Source: Saprospiraceae bacterium (GTDB lineage Bacteria; Bacteroidota; Bacteroidia; Chitinophagales; Saprospiraceae). From it: a stretch of DNA of 49,109 bases. The position numbers and the translations under genes are program-made. The first letter of the stretch is position 1; every line of letters begins with the position of its first letter. Positions 28,112 through 34,583 of this stretch are shown one piece after another. The stretch covers positions 1-49,109 of the forward strand of contig JAHDEO010000002.1 of assembly GCA_020628725.1 (NCBI GenBank). The letters run 5' to 3'. A model generated the notes under the pieces. That model was not told where the DNA came from. It saw nothing but the letters and a program-made list of their open reading frames with translations, and ran no database searches.

Positions 28112-28873
28112 TCAACTTCTCTTACCAATTTGAAAAGCAGCGTACAAGGTAGGGAAAATCGCTTGATTATCGGCTATCACCATAATAGGAATTTCTTTGA
28201 CATACATATTTAGTGTGACACCGACATCTACCGCTTTGATAAGGCGGGGCACATGTCCCCATTCAAAATTCAACCCAAATTTCAGAAATCCACCTGCTAC
28301 ATAACTCAACTCATCCCAACCATATCCCAAACCTGATGCACCTGAAATACGCGCCAAGTCGAGAAAAATAACCGCATTTTCTTCTGTATAAGTTTGCGGA
28401 ATTACATCCTCAGGACTCACTCGCAAGTCAATATAATAGGGTCTTATCAAGCCCAATGAAGGACCTGCCGCATACGATGCACTCACAGCAACACCTTGAC
28501 TATTTGCTTTTCTTGAAAAATGAAATTTTCCACTATATCCTATGTGAACGCCGTAAAACTGATTTTGTTTGCCATATACAAAACTATTGGAAACGCTCGC
28601 CAATGAACCACCAACTCCTCCCACAGACGTACGCTGGCGCACTTCCTTAGAATGTCTCAATGTAGTCATTTCAAGATGGACTGCATGTGTCAATCTATTC
28701 CCGATAAATCCATAATCCAAAGCAATCGACGTCCCTAATGTATGCGGAGAAATGGTGAGGAAAAATTCCTTGGAGGGAGATATATCATTTGTCTGATTTT
28801 CCTGCGCCCAAAGTATTGCATTAAAGCATACCAATAGAGCTAAAAAACATATTTTACATAATATTTTTTTCAT
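28112..28873 (-). CDS. Hypothetical secreted or outer-membrane protein.
   Basis: 253 aa. It has a signal peptide (MKKILCKICFLALLVCFNAILWAQ) and beta-rich Gly/Ser/Tyr composition. I recognise no catalytic motif. Confidence 0.6.
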   Translation of the reverse strand: MKKILCKICFLALLVCFNAILWAQENQTNDISPSKEFFLTISPHTLGTSIALDYGFIGNRLTHAVHLEMTTLRHSKEVRQRTSVGGVGGSLASVSNSFVYGKQNQFYGVHIGYSGKFHFSRKANSQGVAVSASYAAGPSLGLIRPYYIDLRVSPEDVIPQTYTEENAVIFLDLARISGASGLGYGWDELSYVAGGFLKFGLNFEWGHVPRLIKAVDVGVTLNMYVKEIPIMVIADNQAIFPTLYAAFQIGKRS

Positions 28874-28943
28874 AATAAAAATGATGAATTTTTATGTAAA
28901 CATGAATTTTAAATAGCGTCAGTTCAAATCAGGTTCGTTCACT

Positions 28944-28970
28944 CTTTCATTCAAAATTCATTCATTAAAT
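28944..28970. repeat. Single copy of the TTCATTCAAAATTCATTCA motif family.
   Basis: ctttcattcaaaattcattcattaaat resembles 45132-45166 and the arms at 30840-30875 and 30939-30974. Confidence 0.4.
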
Positions 28971-29132
28971 TTACAAAATAAAACGAAATAAATCTATGGT
29001 TGTTGTGAAAAAGTTGAACTTAGAGTCGATAGTTGGTAGTCAATAGTCCATAGCGAAACGTGAAATGTAGCAAAATTTATGATTGACTATCAACTGATTT
29101 AGGAACGCAAAAAAATAAATTTGCTTTCCTGA

Positions 29133-29687
29133 TTATTCTTCTTCTGATAATCTATCCCGCACTTCCATCAGAGCAAATCCCAGTAAATTCAAGCCTTCCC
29201 ATGTGTGTGGGTCACGGATATTATCGGCATCTTGTGGTAGTCCGATGCCCCAAATATTATCTACGGGACTCGCTTCTACAAGTACGCGTGTACCCGTTTT
29301 TAATAGAAAATCACAAAGGTCCTCGTGTTGGTTGAATTTGAGATAATTCCCTTGTATTACAATTTCATTTCGATGCTTCATCCACAATGCCTCATCAAAA
29401 TTTTTCACTTGCCGCCCCAATTTCTTCGCCTCTGCAGGTGTGCGTACATCAGGAATGCGTGCGGCAATTTCCATATCATCAAATAAAACTGCTTTTTGAC
29501 ACATCATCCAGTGTTCGGCAGTTTTGAAAGTAAGATTTTCGTGCTCAAATGGACTTTCCCACCATTGGCTAAAACAGCTTTTACCAATACTACCGTCAGG
29601 ATTTGGGCGATGCCCCCAGAAGAAAATGTATTTGAGGTTAGGATGTGAGTCGTATTGTTCTTTGACCCACTCGATATTGTACTTCAT
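29133..29687 (-). CDS. NADAR (DUF1768, YbiA-like) family protein.
   Basis: 184 aa. The motifs FFWGH..CFSQWW.SPF....TFKTAEHWMMCQKA, ..AKKLGRQV..F....W...R..IV..GNYLKF.Q...L...LL.TG...LVEASP.D.IWGIGL are characteristic of the NADAR fold. Confidence 0.8.
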   Translation of the reverse strand: MKYNIEWVKEQYDSHPNLKYIFFWGHRPNPDGSIGKSCFSQWWESPFEHENLTFKTAEHWMMCQKAVLFDDMEIAARIPDVRTPAEAKKLGRQVKNFDEALWMKHRNEIVIQGNYLKFNQHEDLCDFLLKTGTRVLVEASPVDNIWGIGLPQDADNIRDPHTWEGLNLLGFALMEVRDRLSEEE

Positions 29688-29700
29688 GGTGTTTAAAGAT

Positions 29701-29786
29701 GTCAGAAGTCAGACCGCACGCTGTCAGAAGTCAGAGGGGTTTACTGTTTTTCTGACCTCTGACAATGAAATGTTCTGACTTCTGGC
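29701..29786 (-). other. Nested intercistronic hairpin built of GTCAGAA/TTCTGAC heptamers.
   Basis: tgtcagaagtcaga (29722-29735) and tctgacctctgaca (29751-29764) are 13/14 complementary. The outer pair cagaagtcaga (29703-29713) and tctgacttctg (29775-29785) is perfect. It lies between the stop of the 29796 gene and the NADAR start. Confidence 0.65.
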
Positions 29787-29795
29787 TTCTACTAA

Positions 29796-30395
29796 CTACG
29801 CGCGGTCGCAATCTGTAATCAAGGAAATGTTATCCATTAGCAAATTGCCTCGATACGGATATTCTGTTCCATCCGCGTAAGTAGCTTCAAATATGATGTA
29901 AGAATAACTTTTGTCAACAGAAAAAACGAATTGATAGTTTTTCCATTCGTAGTGTTTGATAGTTGGAGTTTCTACAATAAGTTCGGTCTTGTCGCATTGG
30001 TCATTACCCAACCAAATTCGCAGTCGAATAGGCGTATTATATCCCGCATAAAAGGGAGATGCGGCTAAATCAACCGAAAACATATAGCAATGACGACTTT
30101 TGAGTGGTTTGGTGAGTTTTTGACCGATATATTCCCATGTATTATCTTCACGAGTGATGAGTCCCACATAGGTTGCACCATCTACGGGGCGGTGCGTGAC
30201 GTCCCATATAGGTTGTCCATATTCGTTATTGCCGGGCATGATGTCCGGTGTCGTATACATGCCACAACCTACCCAACCGGGCGGCATTGTAGCATCTTTT
30301 GGAGGAGCTTCAAAAGAAGGATTGTTGAGACGAAGCTGCGCTTGTGCGCTCATCGTCAGCAAGACCAAACCAATAATGAGGTAATTTCTTTTCAT
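29796..30395 (-). CDS. Hypothetical secreted protein (possible jelly-roll/CBM-like fold).
   Basis: I trimmed the start to the internal ATG (30395), which gives the signal peptide MKRNYLIIGLVLLTMSAQAQ. The mature N-terminus LRLNNPSFEAPP..W resembles the start of carbohydrate-binding jelly-roll modules. This assignment is weak. Confidence 0.55.
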   Translation of the reverse strand: MKRNYLIIGLVLLTMSAQAQLRLNNPSFEAPPKDATMPPGWVGCGMYTTPDIMPGNNEYGQPIWDVTHRPVDGATYVGLITREDNTWEYIGQKLTKPLKSRHCYMFSVDLAASPFYAGYNTPIRLRIWLGNDQCDKTELIVETPTIKHYEWKNYQFVFSVDKSYSYIIFEATYADGTEYPYRGNLLMDNISLITDCDRA

Positions 30396-30563
30396 CGGTG
30401 GATAAGATACAAAAGTGTGCCAAAATTGGTGATTCGGAGATTGATAACCGGATAGTTCGATATTTGTAATTTGTTTTTTGCCTCGCAAAAACTAATCACA
30501 TACTACATATTTAAACACCATTATGCGAAAATTGTTATTTCTAATTCAAGTTGCGAACAACTT

Positions 30564-30600
30564 GAAAAAATTCCAAAAGACAAATTCCAAATCCCAATTT
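30564..30600 (+). repeat. Diverged copy of the 36-nt AATTCCA element.
   Basis: gaaaaaattccaaaagacaaattccaaatcccaattt differs from the 36-mer by one indel and about 3 mismatches. A small hairpin precedes it: caagttg-cgaa-caacttg (30547-30564). Confidence 0.6.
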
Positions 30601-30613
30601 GAACCTATTCCAA

Positions 30614-30811
30614 TCAAATTTCTTTAGAATTCGGTACTTGATATTCTGTATTTTCCAACTCCTCCCGCGTTTTGTGTAATTTCCCTTTACAATATTGAAT
30701 CAACTCTGTTGCCCGTTTCATCTTTTCGGACAACTCATCCATGCCAATTGTCTCATTTTCAAGACCATCAACGATACTTTGCAACTCTGTTATTGCTTCC
30801 TCGTAATTCAA
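30614..30811 (-). CDS. xseB: Exodeoxyribonuclease VII small subunit.
   Basis: 65 aa. NYEEAITELQSIVDGLENETIGMDELSEKMKRATELIQYCKGKL matches the XseB helical-hairpin pattern. The start is TTG, with an in-frame stop immediately upstream. Confidence 0.8.
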   Translation of the reverse strand: MNYEEAITELQSIVDGLENETIGMDELSEKMKRATELIQYCKGKLHKTREELENTEYQVPNSKEI

Positions 30812-30839
30812 TGCTTAAATGTTGAAATGCTTAAATAGG

Positions 30840-30974
30840 AATGAGTGAATTTTGAATTTTGAATGAGTGAATATTTTAAATACATCAATAAGATGATTCG
30901 CTAATATTTTCGTTTTAATAAAAAAATGATACGTTAGAAATATTCATTCATTTAAAATTCAAAATTCACTCATT
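30840..30974 (-). repeat. 36-bp inverted repeat made of TGAATTT/GAATGAG heptamers between fabH and xseB.
   Basis: aatgagtgaattttgaattttgaatgagtgaatatt (30840-30875) and aatattcattcatttaaaattcaaaattcactcatt (30939-30974) are 34/36 complementary with a 63-nt spacer. The repeat starts 6 nt after the fabH stop. Confidence 0.8.
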
Positions 30975-30979
30975 AGTTT

Positions 30980-32035
30980 CTACCAGCGAATCATTGCTGC
31001 TCCCCATGTGAATCCACTACCAAATGCCGCAAGACAAACCAAATCACCTTCTTTTATCAAGCCCTTTTCCCATGCTTCGCAAAGCGCAATTGGAATAGAA
31101 GCGGCGGTAGTATTTCCGTATTTTTGAATATTATTATAAACACGCTCATCTTCAAAACCAAATTTGAGCTGAATCATTTGTGTGATACGAAGATTCGCTT
31201 GGTGTGGAATGAGCATATTAATATCATCAGCAGTACAACCTATCGCTTCACAGGCTTCTTCAATCGCAGCAGGAAATTTCTCAACGGCATGTGTGAAGAC
31301 GTAACGCCCGTTCATATGCGGATAGATAGCTTCTTTGTCGAGCATCTCCTGCGTGAGGTGCATTCCCCCCAAGTCCGGCTCATCAGGAAAATCCAAACCA
31401 CCTTGATCCGGCAAAAACGCCCCGCCGTGTGTACCCGGATTATAGAATGCTAAATGCTCGGCATACTCGCCGTCAGCGTGAAGATTCGTTGTAAGAATAC
31501 CTTTATTTTCCTCTTCTGTGGCTTGCAAGACAACTGCTCCCGCACCGTCTCCGAAAATCACTGTCACATTACGTCCGCGTGTCGTAAAATCCAAACCCGC
31601 CGAATGCACTTCAGCACCAACGACCAAAACGTTTTTGTACATACCCGTTTTGATATATTGGTCGGCAATCGAAATCCCGTAGATAAAGCCCGTACATTGC
31701 GTCCGAATATCCAAACAACCGATATTTTTGATGCCCAAATGACGCTGCAACAAGACACCGCTACCGGGAAAGTAATAGTCAGGACTCAAAGTTGCAAACA
31801 CAATAAAATCAATATCTTCGGGCGTCAATCCGGCGCGTTCGATAGCGATTTTGGCAGCTTCGGCTCCCAATGTAGAAGTCGTTTCTTTGTGCTTTTTTGC
31901 GTATCGGCGTTCCTCTATTCCCGTTCGTTTGACAATCCACTCATTAGTTGTATCCATTACTTTGGTCAACTCCTCATTCGTAACTATTCTTTCAGGAACG
32001 TAATATCCAATGCCGGCGACTTTCGCGTTCATCAT
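30980..32035 (-). CDS. fabH: Beta-ketoacyl-ACP synthase III.
   Basis: 351 aa. The catalytic triad context is present: Cys in ..RTQCTGFIYG.., His in ..IPHQANLRI.., and Asn in ..YGNTTAASIPIAL... The C-terminus is GSGFTWGAAMIRW. Confidence 0.93.
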   Translation of the reverse strand: MMNAKVAGIGYYVPERIVTNEELTKVMDTTNEWIVKRTGIEERRYAKKHKETTSTLGAEAAKIAIERAGLTPEDIDFIVFATLSPDYYFPGSGVLLQRHLGIKNIGCLDIRTQCTGFIYGISIADQYIKTGMYKNVLVVGAEVHSAGLDFTTRGRNVTVIFGDGAGAVVLQATEEENKGILTTNLHADGEYAEHLAFYNPGTHGGAFLPDQGGLDFPDEPDLGGMHLTQEMLDKEAIYPHMNGRYVFTHAVEKFPAAIEEACEAIGCTADDINMLIPHQANLRITQMIQLKFGFEDERVYNNIQKYGNTTAASIPIALCEAWEKGLIKEGDLVCLAAFGSGFTWGAAMIRW

Positions 32036-32242
32036 TATTCGTATTTAGTAAGTATAAATGGGTTTGTAATTTAATTGATAAAGTTTGTTTAATTCATAAA
32101 TACTGACAACAAACATCAAGCAAAGTTAACTAATGTTTGGTAAAAAGCAGCAGAGATTGATATAAGTAATGCGATATTTGATTTTTTGTGTAGTTTATTT
32201 CAGAACTGGCAGTCACACTAATCCATTCCTATCTGCAAAGTA

Positions 32243-34117
32243 TTACCGCACCAAAATCTTCTCATAACCAACACCATCTATAGTTCCGATTTCCAACAAA
32301 TATAGACCTTTCGTTATGTCATTCACGCTAATTTCCTCTTGGAAAACACCTGAAAAATTACTCAATTCACGTACATATACAACTCGCCCTGTAAGGTCGC
32401 GCATACGCAAGTTCACGTTTGATATTTTTTCTACATTAAAATAAACAGTAAACGTTCCGTTATTAGGATTTGGATAAATATTAAGGCTGAGATTTTCGGT
32501 AAATGGATTTGTGGTAGTAGTCGTGCATTCCATCAAAGTAACCGATGACGATATAGCCACACAACCTGTCATAGAAGTCGTTTCTACAGTATAAACACCA
32601 ACTTCATCTGCTTCATAGCTTTGTTCTGTGGCACCCGGAATCGGGGAGCCGCCAAGATACCATTGATTATTTGCGGCATCGGATACAAGGGTGACAGATT
32701 CGTCCGGACAAACCTCCGTTTCTCCACCGGGAATGCTAATGATAGGCGTTTGTGGTGCATCATGTGTAATGGTGAAGACCTCTGATTCAGCAACACAATT
32801 CTCTGGCGTCGTAACAACTGTTGAATAATCACCCGGCGTATCCGCATTAAATATTTGCCCTGTTACACCTGAAAGTAGCGTGCCATCCAAGTACCACTGA
32901 TTACCTTCTGAAGCACTCGAAACCAACGTTACCGTTTCATCAGGACAAAAGAACATTTCGCCTGTAATCGTTGGTGTTGAAGGAATTTCATACACCTCAA
33001 TCGTATCTGTAGAAGTGATGACTTCTGTAAAGTCATTTATCGTCAAATCAACCGTTAGTTCGCCGTCTACCAAGTTGCCCATTGCCATTGGCGTGAAATT
33101 AATTTCGCCGCAAAAATCATCATTATTCAGCGAAGCAGGGTCTTTATCCCAAACTTGTAAGACATAATTCTGCAAGGTCAAATCTATCGGCGGATCAACC
33201 TCTATAGTCAATGGCGGACCTTGGTCTTCCACAGGCGTAGGTTCTGTTGTGTAAATTTCCATGCCGTTATCATCAAAAATCTTGATGAAAAAATCCGGCA
33301 ATCCCGTCACCACAAAATTATCATTACAATCGGATTCGGTAATATTGACTTGCGCCAATTGCAAAGGCATCGTATCAATTACAGCTTCGTAACTAATAAT
33401 GTATGTTCCGGCTTCATCGTAAGTTTGTGAAGGTGGGTTTTCGGAAGTAGAGTTTAGTCCATTACCAAAATCCCATGAGTATGTAATGCCCGAACTCCCA
33501 CCGGATGGCACATTATTCGTAAACTCAACCGTCAAACCTTCGCAACCTGCTGCCGGATTTGCCGTAAAACCATCGTTAGTGCTGACCTTCGGCGTGATAA
33601 ACATATCCTGTTCAAAAGAAGTCGTCTGCGAAATACCCAACACAGTAGCTCGCACGATGATAGTCACCACATAATCGCCGGGGAAAAGTGGTGTGCCGCA
33701 TATAGTCGCGCAGCCGTCTTTTTCATCAGGCAAATCGTACATACCATCGGGTTGGTCAGTGGTGTACGTAATACCTTGCGGCAATCCAACAACGTCAACA
33801 ATCTCTACGCTCCCAATGCTCAACCCGCAAAAAGCCTCAGGAATAAATCCCGGATATTCATCGCAAATCGGCTGCGTAGTAATCGGCATTCGGAAGGTGA
33901 GCAGGTCTTCATAATAATCGCCTTGTACGCCGTCCATTACATCACTGATATATAGCGCATCGTCTGCCAGTCCGGGTACGGGCGGACTCACAGGTGTACA
34001 GGTCGGGCATTGAGCAAAAATTTGACCTGCAACTAACAAAAAAGTAAAAACAAGTATTGCAGAATTGGAATTTGGAATTTGTTTTTTGGAATTTTTCAAC
34101 AGGTATTTTTGAAACAT
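32243..34117 (-). CDS. Secreted PKD/Ig-like repeat protein with a T9SS C-terminal sorting domain.
   Basis: I trimmed the start to the ATG at 34117 (MFQKYLLKNSKKQIPNSNSAILVFTFLLVAGQIFAQ). It has a PKD-like segment (GLTVEFTNN..YSWDFGNG..TYDEAGTYIISY). It has two Ig-like modules of the form CPDE.VTLVS....NQWYL.G......G......A...G.Y.V.....G/NC. The CTD reads LNIYPNPNNGTFTVYFN..MRDLTGRVVY..KGLYLLEI. Confidence 0.85.
   Translation of the reverse strand: MFQKYLLKNSKKQIPNSNSAILVFTFLLVAGQIFAQCPTCTPVSPPVPGLADDALYISDVMDGVQGDYYEDLLTFRMPITTQPICDEYPGFIPEAFCGLSIGSVEIVDVVGLPQGITYTTDQPDGMYDLPDEKDGCATICGTPLFPGDYVVTIIVRATVLGISQTTSFEQDMFITPKVSTNDGFTANPAAGCEGLTVEFTNNVPSGGSSGITYSWDFGNGLNSTSENPPSQTYDEAGTYIISYEAVIDTMPLQLAQVNITESDCNDNFVVTGLPDFFIKIFDDNGMEIYTTEPTPVEDQGPPLTIEVDPPIDLTLQNYVLQVWDKDPASLNNDDFCGEINFTPMAMGNLVDGELTVDLTINDFTEVITSTDTIEVYEIPSTPTITGEMFFCPDETVTLVSSASEGNQWYLDGTLLSGVTGQIFNADTPGDYSTVVTTPENCVAESEVFTITHDAPQTPIISIPGGETEVCPDESVTLVSDAANNQWYLGGSPIPGATEQSYEADEVGVYTVETTSMTGCVAISSSVTLMECTTTTTNPFTENLSLNIYPNPNNGTFTVYFNVEKISNVNLRMRDLTGRVVYVRELSNFSGVFQEEISVNDITKGLYLLEIGTIDGVGYEKILVR
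34062..34097 (-). repeat. 36-nt AATTCCA element, copy 2, located inside the coding region.
   Basis: The reverse complement of 34062-34097 equals 21504-21539 (36/36). Here it encodes (L)KNSKKQIPNSNS, the n-region of the signal peptide of the PKD/T9SS protein. Confidence 0.85.
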
Positions 34118-34145
34118 GATAAGTAATTTTAATTTTTGGCATTCC

Positions 34146-34256
34146 GTACCGACGGTTTTAACCGTCAAGTGTGTAGAAAAATAATTTATAAGTTATTTAT
34201 TTTCAAATTTTTAAAAATAAAAATAAATAATACTTGGCGGTTAAAACCGTCAGTAC
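34146..34256. promoter_or_regulatory. Pair of palindromic operator-like sites (GACGGTTnnAACCGTC) in a divergent promoter region.
   Basis: gtaccgacggttttaaccgtcaag (34146-34169) matches the reverse complement of cttggcggttaaaaccgtcagtac (34233-34256) at 22/24. Each arm is itself a 16-bp palindrome. The centres are about 85 bp apart and bracket a very AT-rich stretch. Confidence 0.5.
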
Positions 34257-34465
34257 AGGATGTACGAAATTAATATCTTGCATTTGAATTGTCAAAATTA
34301 GTAGCGTTTTTCCCGTAAAAAAATTACCTTAGTGTAGAGTTTACACCTTGTAAATTTAAGTAAAATCCAACGGGTTTTTCTCATTCAAAATAAATGATTT
34401 GTCAACCGTTTTATCATAAAATTAAATACGGATAACATCGTTATTAACTAACTAAATTCTAAATA

Positions 34466-34573
34466 CGAGTTGCGGGTTACGGGTTGCGAGTTATTATATG
34501 CTACAAAAATTATTAACATTCTCTTTTTTATGTGCATTTAGTAACTCGTAACCCGAAACCCGAAACCCGAAAC
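34466..34573 (+). other. Hairpin of GTTNCGG/AACCCGA heptamers abutting the GH31 start codon.
   Basis: The left arm is cgagttgcgggttacgggttgcgagttat (34466-34493). The right arm is gtaactcgtaacccgaaacccgaaacccgaaac (34541-34573). cgagtta/taactcg pair perfectly and the heptamer tracts are about 15/18 complementary. The right arm ends 10 nt before the GTG at 34584. Confidence 0.65.
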
Positions 34574-34583
34574 TTAATAAATC

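Noticed and set aside
27441-28152. Two long plus-strand ORFs (191 and 216 aa) overlapping lipA.
   Set aside because: They are antisense to an unambiguous lipoyl synthase gene that has both Cys-cluster motifs. Their translations have no recognisable features.
28921-28945. agttcaaatcaggttcgttcac superficially resembles a tRNA T-arm (GGTTCGAATCC).
   Set aside because: There is no acceptor stem, anticodon arm or D-arm complementarity in the flanks, and the T-loop consensus is broken (GGTTCGTTC).
29090-29115. tttaggaacgcaaaaaaataaa resembles part of the right arm of the 26887-27160 palindrome (tttaggaacgcgacaaaaataa in reverse complement).
   Set aside because: The exact match is only 11 nt, followed by A-rich low-complexity sequence. 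Matches of that length are expected by chance many times in 49 kb, so this is not enough to call a related copy.
31124-32074. Plus-strand ORFs (109 and 206 aa) overlapping fabH.
   Set aside because: They are antisense shadows of a clear FabH gene with its Cys/His/Asn catalytic motifs intact.
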